A stretch of DNA of 64,000 nt from Chitinophaga pinensis (lineage in GTDB: Bacteria; Pseudomonadota; Gammaproteobacteria; Burkholderiales; SG8-41): assembly GCA_943329075.2 (NCBI GenBank), contig CALQCM020000014.1, positions 11,076 to 75,075 on the forward strand. Direction: 5' to 3'. The notes beneath the pieces were generated by a model that saw only the letters and a program-made list of their open reading frames with translations, searched no databases and was not told the DNA's origin. Shown here in pieces: positions 1-9,498 of the stretch. Position 1 is the stretch's first letter. Every line of letters begins with the position of its first letter. Both the position numbers and the translations under genes were made by a program.

Positions 1-896
1 CCAAACCGATCCGCTTCGTCGTCCCGTATTTCCCCGGCGGCACGCCGGATATTCAGGGCCGGCGTCTCGCCGAAAAACTGCGCGATCGCATCGGCCAGCC
101 GGTGATCGTCGACAACCGTCCGGGGGCCAATGCCAGCATCGGTCTTGGCATCGTCGCGCGCGCGCCGGCCGACGGCTATACGATATTCATCGCGCCGGTC
201 GGGCCCTATGCAGTGAACCCGCACCTCTACAAACTTTCCTACGATGTGCTGACTGATTTTGCGCCTATCATTCACGCCACCAGCACGCCGGGCCTGCTGG
301 TGGTGAATCCCGCAGTGCCGGCGAAAACCGTGCGGGATCTGATCGCGCTGGCGAAGCAGAAGCCGGGCGAACTCAATTACGGCTCGACCGGAATTGGCGG
401 CTTCGGCCACATGTCGGGCGCGCTCTTCGCGGCGATGACCGGCATCCAGATCGTGCACGTGCCGTATAAAAGCATCACCAACGCGCTGACCGAGGTGATC
501 GGCGGACATATACCGATGTTGTTTAACGTGGCGAGCCCGACCATACCGATGGTGCAGACCGGGCGCGTGCGCGCGCTGGCAACCACCGGCGCCGCGCGTA
601 TGGAGGCCTTGCCCGAGGTGCCGACGATGGCTGAGTCCGGCGTGCCGGGCTACGAGAACTCGACCTGGAACGGCATTTCCGCGCCGGCAAAAACGCCGCC
701 GGCGGTCTTGCTTAAACTCAATCGGGAATTTAATGAAATTCTCAAGTTGCCGGACGTGAAGGAGGCCGCGCGCGTCGAGGGCTCCAGCATTGTTGGCGGG
801 CCACCCGAACAGTTCCGCGATTACCTGAAGCGCGAATACGCGAAATACGGCAAGCTGGTGCGTGACGCCGGCATCAAGGGCGAGGCACTCAACTAG
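1..896 (+). CDS. Bug/TctC-family tripartite tricarboxylate transporter substrate-binding protein (5' end cut by window edge)
   Basis: Frame is open from nt 3 (KPIRFVVPYFPGGTPDIQGR...[14 protein letters not shown]...HVPYKS...). This matches the conserved core shared with 11 paralogs in the window. Stop codon at 894-896. Confidence 0.9.
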   Translation, partial: KPIRFVVPYFPGGTPDIQGRRLAEKLRDRIGQPVIVDNRPGANASIGLGIVARAPADGYTIFIAPVGPYAVNPHLYKLSYDVLTDFAPIIHATSTPGLLVVNPAVPAKTVRDLIALAKQKPGELNYGSTGIGGFGHMSGALFAAMTGIQIVHVPYKSITNALTEVIGGHIPMLFNVASPTIPMVQTGRVRALATTGAARMEALPEVPTMAESGVPGYENSTWNGISAPAKTPPAVLLKLNREFNEILKLPDVKEAARVEGSSIVGGPPEQFRDYLKREYAKYGKLVRDAGIKGEALN

Positions 897-956
897 ATTT
901 TCCGGCGCGGTTCGCGCCACATTCAAACGTCAATCAACAACGCGAGGAGCACTGCA

Positions 957-1250
957 ATGGCAAAAGGATATTGGATCAACTGTTTTCGTTCGATCAAGGA
1001 CCCCGCGAAAGTAGATGCTTACCGCCAGCTCGCCGGTCCCGCCATGGAAGCGGCCGGCGCCAAGTTTCTGGTGCGCGGAGACCCGGCCAAGGTCTACGAG
1101 GCGGGTATCGTCGGTCGTGTGGTCGTGATTGAATTCGAAAGCGTTGCGAAGGCGATTGCCACGCACGACAGCCCGGGTTATCAGGCGGCGTTGAAAGCGC
1201 TGGGCGATGGCGCCGAGCGCGATTTGCGCATCGTCGAGGGCCTGGCGTAA
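957..1250 (+). CDS. DUF1330-domain protein
   Basis: 97-aa ORF MAKGYWINCFRSIKDPAKVDAYRQLAGPAMEAAGAKFLVRG... is typical of the small DUF1330 family. GAGGAG-like RBS upstream. Confidence 0.7.
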   Translation: MAKGYWINCFRSIKDPAKVDAYRQLAGPAMEAAGAKFLVRGDPAKVYEAGIVGRVVVIEFESVAKAIATHDSPGYQAALKALGDGAERDLRIVEGLA

Positions 1251-1311
1251 ATAAAAATGCTCTGAAGTGCAGCGCGGTGACGCATGCCGCCGCGCTGCGC
1301 AGACTGCAGGT

Positions 1312-1812
1312 TTATTTCAGCTGGTCGGCGATTTTGTCGAGACCGGCTTTAACGCAGGCCTCATCTTTTTCACCACCGGGGGCGCCCGAGGCGCCGATTC
1401 CGCCAATGGTGTCGTCGCCGACTTTGACCGGCAGACCGCCCTGATTGGCGATGATGTTGTTCAGATGAATCAAGGCGAACGTCGGATCGTTTTTCAGACG
1501 CGTGACGATTTCCCCCGAAGGCGCACGGAAAGTGCGCGCGGTGTAGGCCTTGCGCATGCTGTTCTCGAAGGCGTGCGGGCCGGTGTTGTCGCCACGCACC
1601 TGCAGAATGACTTCGCCACTGCGACCGACCACCGTGACTGAAACCGCGTAGCCGTTGGCCTTGCAGGTGGCGAGCGCCGTTTCCGCCATGGTCATCGCCA
1701 TGCCCGCGGTCAGGTCCTTGTGCTGCAGCAATTGGGCGCCTGCCGGCAGTGCCAGCGCAAAAAGCCCGAGGCTTGCGATCGCAAGTCCGGTCATGCGTTT
1801 GATCGATGACAT
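1312..1812 (-). CDS. GlcG/HbpS-like (DUF336) heme-binding protein, secreted
   Basis: N-terminal signal peptide (MSSIKRMTGLAIASLGLFALALPAGAQ). C-terminal GGLPVKVGDDTIGGIGASGAPGGEKDEAC motif is characteristic of GlcG/DUF336. Confidence 0.8.
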   Translation of the reverse strand: MSSIKRMTGLAIASLGLFALALPAGAQLLQHKDLTAGMAMTMAETALATCKANGYAVSVTVVGRSGEVILQVRGDNTGPHAFENSMRKAYTARTFRAPSGEIVTRLKNDPTFALIHLNNIIANQGGLPVKVGDDTIGGIGASGAPGGEKDEACVKAGLDKIADQLK

Positions 1813-1907
1813 GGTTTTCCCCCTTGGTAGTGGTCAGCCGGGCGGCGGACCCTGGAGGCGAAACTATACAGCAACGGACACGCAGGGCAATTGCAGTAAT
1901 CAGGCCA

Positions 1908-2390
1908 TCAGAGCAGTGTTTCGTCAACGTCGCCGAATTTGACCAGATGGCGGCGGCCGGCGAATTTGTAGCCGCGCTTGCGGCTGCGCGGGTATTCGGT
2001 GATATCAACCGCCTTGCGCGTGCCACCGAGCAGATAGACGAGGTCTTCCTGGTGCGGATTGGTCATGCCGTGCGGCAGCGACTGCGCGGTGAAGCCCATG
2101 AAGTCGCCGGGCCCGACCTTGATTTTTTTCTTGCCGATTTCGGCGATGCCGTGGCCGGACAGGATGTAGACGAATTCCTCGTCGCAGAAATGCGTGTGGA
2201 ATTCGGTGGTGTCGTCGCCTTGCTTGATGCAGACCAGATGCACGCCCATCTCTGACATGCCGACCGCATCGCCCAGCGACTTGTTCAGCCGCAGCGCTTT
2301 CTTGTTGACGAAATGCCGCCGGCGTTCGACCGCCATGCGCGCAATTGCCGCAGCGGTGAGCAGGGGAAAGGGTTTTGCTTTTTTTGCCAT
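1908..2390 (-). CDS. cupin-domain protein
   Basis: 160 aa. The motifs HTHFCDEEFVYILSGHG...GDFMGF...HGMTN fit the two cupin motifs. No HTH region. Confidence 0.75.
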   Translation of the reverse strand: MAKKAKPFPLLTAAAIARMAVERRRHFVNKKALRLNKSLGDAVGMSEMGVHLVCIKQGDDTTEFHTHFCDEEFVYILSGHGIAEIGKKKIKVGPGDFMGFTAQSLPHGMTNPHQEDLVYLLGGTRKAVDITEYPRSRKRGYKFAGRRHLVKFGDVDETLL

Positions 2391-2492
2391 GGTGGTTCCT
2401 CAGGTGACGGTGCGAATGTGCCATCATACATTTTGGCGGCGGGCGTGGTGCAGGTCTAAAATAGCCGCTCGCTTATCGAGGAGGGTTTTGAA

Positions 2493-2804
2493 ATGCAATT
2501 CATGGTGCGCATCGTCGTCCGCCTGCCGGGCGACTGGCCAAAGGAAAAAGTCGATGAACTTGCCGCCCGCGAAACCGCGCGCGGCATGCAATGCATCAAA
2601 GAGGGCAAGCTGCGGCGCATCTTTCGCATCGTCGGTCAGCGCGCCAACTTCAGTATCTGGGAGGCGGCCAGCCTTGAGGAACTGCACGCGACGCTGCTCT
2701 CGCTGCCGATGCATCCGTTCTTCGACGTCGAAGTAACGCCGCTGATCGAACACAGCACGACGCAGGCCTGGAACGCTGCCAACGGCGAGATGCCGCCGTT
2801 TTGA
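2493..2804 (+). CDS. muconolactone delta-isomerase-like protein
   Basis: 103 aa. MQFMVRIVVRLPGDWPKEK...GKLRRIFRIVGQRANFSIWEAASLEELHATLLSLPMHPFFDVEVTPL parallels the CatC family pattern. Strong GAGGAGGG RBS. Confidence 0.75.
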   Translation: MQFMVRIVVRLPGDWPKEKVDELAARETARGMQCIKEGKLRRIFRIVGQRANFSIWEAASLEELHATLLSLPMHPFFDVEVTPLIEHSTTQAWNAANGEMPPF

Positions 2805-2807
2805 TCA

Positions 2808-3332
2808 ATGATGACGCGTTGCGCGATTCTGTTGTTTGGTTTGGCACTGCTCGCGGGCGTGGCGCAGGCGCGCGTGCCCGACGGCTGGCCTTTTCTCGAA
2901 TACAACGAGGCGGTGCGCGTCGCCAGACAAACCAACAAACCGTTGTTCGTGTATTACGGCTTCGAGACCTGTCCGTATTGCATTTCTCTCAACAAGAACA
3001 CGCTGTCGTTCGAGGCGCTGCGCAAACGGTATAGCGAGCACTATGTGCTGGCGTACTTCGACATTCGCGCTAATCCGAACGACCCGATGACGCTGCCCAC
3101 GGGCGAAACGCTGCCGCGCGGGCAGGCCATCCGCAAACTCAAGGGCAGCCCGGTGCCGGCGTGGGCCTTCGTCACACCCGACGGCCGCGAGATCCTGATG
3201 CGGCGCGGTTCGCGCACAAAAGTCGACGCCTTCATGAAATTCGATCAATATGTGACCAGCGGCAGCTGGCTGCAGACCACATTCGAAGAATTTCTCGCGC
3301 AGCGCGGGCTGCGTGAAGACAGGGTCGAATAA
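2808..3332 (+). CDS. secreted thioredoxin-fold protein (CPYC motif)
   Basis: Signal peptide MMTRCAILLFGLALLAGVAQA, then KPLFVYYGFETCPYCISL (a CxxC in thioredoxin-like context). Starts 4 nt after the upstream stop. Confidence 0.7.
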   Translation: MMTRCAILLFGLALLAGVAQARVPDGWPFLEYNEAVRVARQTNKPLFVYYGFETCPYCISLNKNTLSFEALRKRYSEHYVLAYFDIRANPNDPMTLPTGETLPRGQAIRKLKGSPVPAWAFVTPDGREILMRRGSRTKVDAFMKFDQYVTSGSWLQTTFEEFLAQRGLREDRVE

Positions 3333-3360
3333 ACGCAAGTCAACAACAGGAGGGGGAATC

Positions 3361-4311
3361 ATGCGCAACGGGAAACCCGTGTCATCCGGCGTCACGCAAT
3401 TGGCATTGCTCCTGGCATCGCTGTTCATGGTGACCGCACTGCAGGCGCAGACGCCGCCGTTACCGGTGATCAAGGAAGGCACTACGGTGAAAGTGGCCGA
3501 TCACGTGTGGGTGATTCCGGACGGTCTGGTGCCGGTGGTGCCCAACGTCGGCATCATCGTCGGCAGCCGTGCCACGCTGATTGTCGACACCGGTCTTGGC
3601 ATCCGCAACGGCGAGGCGGTGATGCGCGAAGTGGCCAAGCTCAGCAAGAACAGCGAAATTTACGTCGCGACGACGCATTTTCACGCCGAACACACCACCG
3701 GCGGCACGGCCTTCCCGCCGACGTATAAATTCATCCGGCCGCAGGCGCAGCAGAAGGACGTCGAGGAATTCGGCGCGTCGTTCTTCAAGATGTTCGAATC
3801 GCGCTCGCCGGAGATGGCCGCGCTGATGAAGGATTCGACCTATCCGCGCGCCGATATTTTGTTCGAGCGCGATTACACGCTCGATCTGGGTGGGGTGCGC
3901 GTGCGCATCGAATGGCTGGGGCCGGGACACACGCTCGGTGATACTGTCGTTTTCATCGAGGGTGACCGCGTGCTGTTCTCGGGCGATCTCGCGATGAAAC
4001 AGTTGTTCCCGATTTTCATTACGCCCTATGCGGACGCCAATGTGTGGCTCGCCGCGCTCGACCGGATCGAGGCAATGCAGCCGGTGGTGGTGGCCGGCAG
4101 CCACGGCGGCATCGGCGACGCATCGATGATCCGCAGTTACCGCGACGTGCTCAAGGGCATCGGCGCGCGCACGAAGGAACTGAAGGCGCAGGGTATATCC
4201 GAAGCGGACATCGGCAAACAACTGACCGACGAATTTGCGAAGAAATATCCGGACTGGATCGCGCCGGTGCGCGTGCCGTCTGCGGTGGCGGTGTACTACA
4301 AGCAACCCTGA
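3361..4311 (+). CDS. secreted MBL-fold metallo-hydrolase (HxHxEH variant)
   Basis: Start chosen at ATG 3361 behind an AGGAGGGGG RBS; the ORF track begins at 3313. Signal peptide ends ...TALQAQ. Metal-ligand motifs are THFHAEH, GPGHTLGD, FSGDL, GSHGG. Confidence 0.85.
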   Translation: MRNGKPVSSGVTQLALLLASLFMVTALQAQTPPLPVIKEGTTVKVADHVWVIPDGLVPVVPNVGIIVGSRATLIVDTGLGIRNGEAVMREVAKLSKNSEIYVATTHFHAEHTTGGTAFPPTYKFIRPQAQQKDVEEFGASFFKMFESRSPEMAALMKDSTYPRADILFERDYTLDLGGVRVRIEWLGPGHTLGDTVVFIEGDRVLFSGDLAMKQLFPIFITPYADANVWLAALDRIEAMQPVVVAGSHGGIGDASMIRSYRDVLKGIGARTKELKAQGISEADIGKQLTDEFAKKYPDWIAPVRVPSAVAVYYKQP

Positions 4312-4441
4312 CGCGCCGCAGGGGTGTGTCTTCGGCGCAACAGCCGCGAAACTATTCGCACGGTTTTGGGGCGGACTTTGGATGGTTCCCGCTGTTGCGC
4401 TGGTATATTTTCTCGGAAACAAATTTTCAACGGGGAAGAAC

Positions 4442-5065
4442 ATGAAGAAATTTTCCAAACTCGCAGTCGTTTTGATGGCCGTGTTGGCAACGCCGGCCTT
4501 CGCGCAGTTGTATTCGGGCGCCGCCGCCGGCCGCGTTGACCACAAACAAAGCCGTTCCAACTGGACGCCGGCTGCGGGCAGCGCCGCGTTTGAAGACACG
4601 GACGCCGGTTTCAAGTTGTTCGGCGGTTACAAATTCACCGAGAACTTCGGCGTCGAAGGCGGCTACGATTACCTCGGCCAGTACACCGCCACGCCGGTGA
4701 GCGGCGCCAGCGTCGGCAAGGCCATCATCAAGACGAACTCGTGGAACCTGTTTGGTGTCGGCACGCTGCCGCTGCCGAAAGACTTTTCAGTCTTCGCCAA
4801 ACTGGGTGTGTCGAGCAATTACTCGAAAATGAATTTTTCGAGCAATGGCGGTGCGTTCAACGCAAACGATGCCGGCACCAACAGGAAGACTTCATTCGCT
4901 TTCGGCGTGGGCGCCGGCTATAACATACTGAAGAACCTGACCGTGCGCGTCGAATACGAAGATTTCGGCAAGGCCGGTGAATCGAACAACAACTTCACGC
5001 TGGCCACCAAGACTAGCGACAGCAAGCCGAAGCTGATTTCGATCGGTTTGGTGCATAGCTACTAA
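4442..5065 (+). CDS. small outer-membrane beta-barrel protein (OmpA-like/OmpW-like barrel)
   Basis: Internal start MKKFSKLAVVLMAVLATPAFAQ (signal peptide). Alternating-residue beta strands (GFKLFGGYKF, FGVEGGYDYLG, FAFGVGAGYN, VRVEYEDFG). C-terminal aromatic residue (..GLVHSY). Confidence 0.8.
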   Translation: MKKFSKLAVVLMAVLATPAFAQLYSGAAAGRVDHKQSRSNWTPAAGSAAFEDTDAGFKLFGGYKFTENFGVEGGYDYLGQYTATPVSGASVGKAIIKTNSWNLFGVGTLPLPKDFSVFAKLGVSSNYSKMNFSSNGGAFNANDAGTNRKTSFAFGVGAGYNILKNLTVRVEYEDFGKAGESNNNFTLATKTSDSKPKLISIGLVHSY

Positions 5066-5082
5066 GCAGCACCGAACCCGAT

Positions 5083-5110
5083 AAAAAGCCCGGCTCCGGC
5101 CGGGTTTTTT
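5083..5110. terminator. bidirectional rho-independent terminator
   Basis: AAAAAGCCCGGC-TCCG-GCCGGGTTTTTT lies between the convergent OMP (+) and Bug (-) genes. Confidence 0.65.
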
Positions 5111-5128
5111 ATTTGTCCTCTCTGCCGA

Positions 5129-6094
5129 TTACTCCGGCGTCAGCCCGGCTTCCTTTGCAACACGCAGCCATTTTGCCGTTTCTGTTTTGATCATGGTCGC
5201 AAAGGCCTCGGGTGAGCCGGCGACAACGATGCCGCCTTCGCTGCCGAGCAGTTCGCGATGTTCCGGCGCGAGCAAAACAGAGGTGACGTCCCGGTGCAGT
5301 TTGTCGAGCACGTCGCGCGGCGTGCCGGCCGGCGCAAGCAGGCCGTACCATTGCGCGGATTCATAGCCGGGCAGTCCGGATTCGGCGATCGTTGGAATGT
5401 CGGGGGCGCTTGGGGAACGCTGTGCAGTAGTGACGCCCAGCGCGCGCAGACGGCCAGCACGCACATGCGGAATGCCGCTGATCATCGACGGCGCCATCAG
5501 CGCCACCTGTCCGGCGAGCAGATCGATCACGCCGGGCCCGGAACTTTTGTACGGCACCTGGATCATTTTGATGCCGGCCATCAGCGAGAACAGTTCCATC
5601 GACAGATGCGGGCTGGTGCCGTGTCCCGATGACGCATAAAACAACTGACCCGGTTTTGATTTTGCCAAAACAATCATTTCACGCACATTCTTTGCGGGCA
5701 CCGAGGGATGCACCATCATCAGATTCGGCACGACGGCGGCCTGCGTGATCGGCGCGAAATCGCGCAGCGCGTCGTACGGTACCTTTTTGTATGCGGCGGG
5801 ATTGATTGCCAGCGTGCTCGGCGTCATCAGCAGCGTATAACCGTCGGGTGCGGCGCGCACGACCAGTTCGCTGCCGAGCATGGTGCCCGCACCGGTGCGG
5901 TTATCGACGACGACCTGCCGCCCCCAGCGCTCGCCGAGTGCTTTCGCAATCAGGCGCGCGATGAGGTCGCCGCCGCCGCCGGCCGACGTCGGCACGACGA
6001 TGCGGACGACCTTGTTGGGGTAAGCCTGTGCGTGTGCCGTCGCCAACGGCATCGTCAGCAACGCACCCGCAATGATCGCAATACCGCGGCGCAT
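5129..6094 (-). CDS. Bug/TctC-family substrate-binding protein
   Basis: Signal peptide MRRGIAIIAGALLTMPLATAHAQ. Family motifs PTSAGGGGDLIAR, VVVDNRTGAG, QVPYKSSG. Confidence 0.92.
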   Translation of the reverse strand: MRRGIAIIAGALLTMPLATAHAQAYPNKVVRIVVPTSAGGGGDLIARLIAKALGERWGRQVVVDNRTGAGTMLGSELVVRAAPDGYTLLMTPSTLAINPAAYKKVPYDALRDFAPITQAAVVPNLMMVHPSVPAKNVREMIVLAKSKPGQLFYASSGHGTSPHLSMELFSLMAGIKMIQVPYKSSGPGVIDLLAGQVALMAPSMISGIPHVRAGRLRALGVTTAQRSPSAPDIPTIAESGLPGYESAQWYGLLAPAGTPRDVLDKLHRDVTSVLLAPEHRELLGSEGGIVVAGSPEAFATMIKTETAKWLRVAKEAGLTPE

Positions 6095-6100
6095 GCGGAT

Positions 6101-7459
6101 TTAGTACGCCGTCTTCGCGACGCGCCCGCTGGCTTCGACGAACCAGCGTTCGCTGGCAAACGATTTTCCGGCGAAGCGCGCCTGCATCCAATCGGCCACC
6201 AGTTGCGCCGGCGTCGGCCCGAGATTGGCGGCGGGCACGTTGCCCACCGAATGGCGCGAGTCCTGATAAATGACAAACTGCTTGTTCGTTTGCAGCAGCT
6301 TCATCATGCGTTCGGCGTGTTCAAGCGGCGAGAGTTCATCGGCTTCGCCGGCGACGCACAGATAGGGTACCTTGATCTTGTCGATGTGGCCTTCCCAGGT
6401 CAGCGTTTTGACGAATTTGTCGAACTTGCCCTCATCCGTGTAGCCCGACATGTACATGAAGCGGCGTTTGAAGGTGGGTGAGGCTTCTTCAAAAATGGTG
6501 TGACACCCGGGTTCGAGACAGGTCGCGGTCACGGCGCAGGCCTTGAAGCGTGGTTCGCTGGCCGTGGCAATGGTGCCGAAGAACGAGCCGAAGCTGCTGC
6601 CGGTAATGCCGATGCGCGCGCTGTCGATTTCCGGGCGTGCGGCCAGCCATTCGTAGACGGCGCGACCGGCGGCCATCCAGTTCGGCACGCTGACATGGAT
6701 GCCGAGCACGGCGCTTTCATACTGGCCCGGTCCTTCAAGTGCCAGCACGGCGATGCCGCGCGACAGAAAGCGGTCGCCGTACATCGAGACCGAACCCTCC
6801 TTGAAACCGTCCATGCCGGGGATCGCCCACACGGCCGGGATGCGGCCGCCCTGATAACCGGGCGGCAGATGCAGCCAGCCGGGCAGCGCCTTGCCCTGAA
6901 ACGGCACCCATGCCGCTTCAACTTTGTGATCGGCGAGTTTTGCGTAGTTCGCATAGCAGTCGCGCTTGCGTCCGTTTAACGCGATGTTCTTCGCATTGTT
7001 TTCGTCGTAGGCCCATTGCGCGGCGGCGTAATGAATTGCCGCCATGAAATAGTTCTGCCGTGCGCTGACGGGCTGATCGTCTTTTTCGGCTTCCTTCGCT
7101 TTCGCTTCGCGCCGTTTGGCCGTCGCTTCAAAGGCGGGTGCGATGTCGGCGTACTTCTGCACCCGCGAACGGATCGCCGCGAAATCGGCGTTGGCCTCCG
7201 GGCCGCAGGGGGCGTTGTAGGACACACTGCGCGGTTGGTCCCAATCGACGCCGACCGCGCGTATCGTGTTGTCGAGCAGCCAGCGCTGTTCGGTCCAGCG
7301 CCGCGTCATGATTTCGCCGCCGTGGGCGGCTGAGGGTTGCGCCGCCGGTGAGGCGTCCGCCGCGAGTGCACCGGCGGTGGCGGCGGCGGCGCCGGCAGCG
7401 GTGGCGACCAGGGTCGCAGATTGCAAAAATTCACGGCGATCGAGTTTGACGTCTTGCAT
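6101..7459 (-). CDS. Tat-exported alpha/beta hydrolase (FrsA / 2,6-dihydroxypseudooxynicotine-hydrolase-like)
   Basis: Twin-arginine signal (MQDVKLDRREFLQSATLVATAAGAAAA). Nucleophile elbow GSSFG, acidic GEADE, His in DSRHS. Helical N-domain followed by a hydrolase core. Paralog of 13461-14654. Confidence 0.8.
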   Translation of the reverse strand: MQDVKLDRREFLQSATLVATAAGAAAATAGALAADASPAAQPSAAHGGEIMTRRWTEQRWLLDNTIRAVGVDWDQPRSVSYNAPCGPEANADFAAIRSRVQKYADIAPAFEATAKRREAKAKEAEKDDQPVSARQNYFMAAIHYAAAQWAYDENNAKNIALNGRKRDCYANYAKLADHKVEAAWVPFQGKALPGWLHLPPGYQGGRIPAVWAIPGMDGFKEGSVSMYGDRFLSRGIAVLALEGPGQYESAVLGIHVSVPNWMAAGRAVYEWLAARPEIDSARIGITGSSFGSFFGTIATASEPRFKACAVTATCLEPGCHTIFEEASPTFKRRFMYMSGYTDEGKFDKFVKTLTWEGHIDKIKVPYLCVAGEADELSPLEHAERMMKLLQTNKQFVIYQDSRHSVGNVPAANLGPTPAQLVADWMQARFAGKSFASERWFVEASGRVAKTAY

Positions 7460-7610
7460 GATGGTTCCTCCGGGTTGATGGACGACAGGCGGGCTGCGCC
7501 GGCTTTGGTTGGCTGTTCACGTTGAAGTCTAATGCGGAATTGCAAGTCTGTCAGTGTGCCACCGTCACGCTGTAAACTGCGCCTTCGGGTCAATTACAAG
7601 AAGAGCAGAC

Positions 7611-8408
7611 ATGAACTTTAATCTCAAGGGGCGCACCGCCTTCATCACGGGCGCAAGCCGCGGCATCGGCAAGGCAATCGCTGTGGCACTGGCCGCCGAG
7701 GGCGCCAATCTTGGTTTGTTCGGCCGCGATCTCGAACGCTGCGAACAGGTGGCGAAAGAACTGCGCGCAAAACACGCGGGCATTCGCGTTGCCGTCATTC
7801 CGCTTGATCTGGACAAGGGCACCATCGCCATCAAACCGGCGATCGAGCGCGCGGTGAAAGAACTGGGCGGCATCGACATACTTGTCAACTGCGCGGGCGG
7901 CGCCTATCGCGGCCGGCTGACCGAAATCCCGGACGAATTGTGGGAGGAGTATTTTGCCGTCAAACCGCTGGGCCTCATTCGCATGACGCGCGAAGCGCTG
8001 CCGTATCTGAAACAATCGAAGCAGGCGCGCATTATCAATATCTCGGGCACGCGCGGGCGCGAACCCGGTGGCGTCTCCGTGATGTCGGGGCCGATTAATC
8101 TCGGCACGCTGTCGATCACCAAGGCGCTGGCCAACGAATTCGGCCCGATGGGCATCACCGTCAACGCAATTTGTCCGGGCTCGACCGACACTGGTCGCTG
8201 GACCGAACTCGTCGAAATCACCGCACGCGAAAAGAAATTGTCGGTTGAAGCAGCGACCAAACACCTCGTTGCCGACGTGCCGATGGGGCGTGTCGTTGTG
8301 CCGGAGGACATTGCAGGCCTTGCCGTCTATCTGGCGTCGGAACAGGCCGGCATGATCACGGGTACCGCGATCAATGTCGATGGCGGCCGCACGCGCGGAA
8401 TTCCCTGA
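7611..8408 (+). CDS. SDR-family oxidoreductase
   Basis: Start at MNFNLKGRTAFITGASRGIGKAIA (TGxxxGIG Rossmann motif). NCAG motif and C-terminal ITGTAINVDGG. Confidence 0.9.
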   Translation: MNFNLKGRTAFITGASRGIGKAIAVALAAEGANLGLFGRDLERCEQVAKELRAKHAGIRVAVIPLDLDKGTIAIKPAIERAVKELGGIDILVNCAGGAYRGRLTEIPDELWEEYFAVKPLGLIRMTREALPYLKQSKQARIINISGTRGREPGGVSVMSGPINLGTLSITKALANEFGPMGITVNAICPGSTDTGRWTELVEITAREKKLSVEAATKHLVADVPMGRVVVPEDIAGLAVYLASEQAGMITGTAINVDGGRTRGIP

Positions 8409-8417
8409 ACGTCTTCT

Positions 8418-9482
8418 GTGATTCCTCATTGTTTGATCAATACGCGAGTGCGGCCTGCCGAAGGCTGTAGCCCGGAAGGCGCGCAGCGTATTCCGGGGAA
8501 CGGTTATGCGTGGGCAACAAGTTGCCCACCCTGTGCGCTGGCGGTGATTGCCGTGTTGCTGGCGATCTCCTGCACATATGCGCAGGAGTATCCGCACAAG
8601 AGCATTCGTTTGATTGTTCCTTTGGCCCCCGGCGGCGGCAATGACACCGCCGCACGCGTGGTCGGCCACAAGCTCGGTGAGGCACTTGGACAGCAGGTCG
8701 TGGTCGATAACCGCCCCGGTGGCGGCAGCGTGATTGCTTCTGAAATTGTGGCGCGTGCGCCGGCCGACGGGCACACGCTGTATCTCTTCAGCACCAACGT
8801 CACTGTGGCACCGGCGCTGCAGAAAAAACTGTCCTTCGACACGATCAGAGACTTTGCGCCGATCACGCGTTTGACCATCGCGCCCGGTGCGCTGATCGTG
8901 CATCCGTCGCTGCCGGTCAAAACGGTGAAAGATGTCATTGCGCTGGCGAAAGCAAAGCCTGGCCAGATCGCCTTCGGTTCGGCCGGACTCGGCAGCGGTT
9001 CGCATCTGGGCGGCGAACTCTTCAACATGCTGGCCGGCGTCAAACTGCTGCACGTGCCCTACAAAGGCAGTGCACTGGCGACGGCTTCGGTGCTGGGCGG
9101 TGAAACGTCCGTGGCTTTTACCAATCCGATCGGGGCATTGCCGCACATCAAGGCGGGGCGCTTGCGCATGATCGCGGTGACGACGGCGCAGCGCTGGCCT
9201 TTGCTACCTGAGTTGCCGACGATTGCCGAGTCCGGCGTGCCCGGCTATGAAATCATGATCTGGAACGGGCTCGCAGCACCGGCGGCGACGCCGCGGCTGG
9301 TGCTCGACCGTTTGCATCGCGAACTGATGCGTATACTGGCGATGCAGGATGTGAACGAGTTGCTCGCCAGCGACGGCTCGCGCACCTGGCCGGAATCGCC
9401 GCAGGCCTTCGCGGCGTTTGTAAAATACGAAGTTGAGAAGTGGATGAAGGTGATTGCGCAGGCGCGCATCACTGCGAGTTAG
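8418..9482 (+). CDS. Bug/TctC-family substrate-binding protein (start uncertain)
   Basis: Family core PLAPGGGNDTAAR, VVVDNRPGGG, HVPYKGS. The first ~40 codons of the ORF run through REP-type repeats (8467-8533). The true start may be an in-frame GTG/TTG at about 8544-8556. Confidence 0.85.
   Translation: MIPHCLINTRVRPAEGCSPEGAQRIPGNGYAWATSCPPCALAVIAVLLAISCTYAQEYPHKSIRLIVPLAPGGGNDTAARVVGHKLGEALGQQVVVDNRPGGGSVIASEIVARAPADGHTLYLFSTNVTVAPALQKKLSFDTIRDFAPITRLTIAPGALIVHPSLPVKTVKDVIALAKAKPGQIAFGSAGLGSGSHLGGELFNMLAGVKLLHVPYKGSALATASVLGGETSVAFTNPIGALPHIKAGRLRMIAVTTAQRWPLLPELPTIAESGVPGYEIMIWNGLAAPAATPRLVLDRLHRELMRILAMQDVNELLASDGSRTWPESPQAFAAFVKYEVEKWMKVIAQARITAS
8467..8533. repeat. composite REP-like repeats (31-nt CCCGGAA hairpin unit plus GTGGGCAAC-AA-GTTGCCCAC palindrome)
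   Basis: GTAGCCCGGAAGGCGCGCAGCGTATTCCGGG (8467-8497) recurs exactly, inverted, at 18431-18461. GTGGGCAACAAGTTGCCCACCCT (8510-8532) recurs exactly at 25467-25489. Confidence 0.8.
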
Positions 9483-9498
9483 TGGGGCATTGGCTATT

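Noticed and set aside
7590-9146. 518-aa minus-strand ORF spanning the SDR and Bug genes
   Set aside because: It crosses an intergenic region and two well-supported plus-strand genes. It has Arg/His/Gly-rich low-information sequence. It is a shadow ORF.
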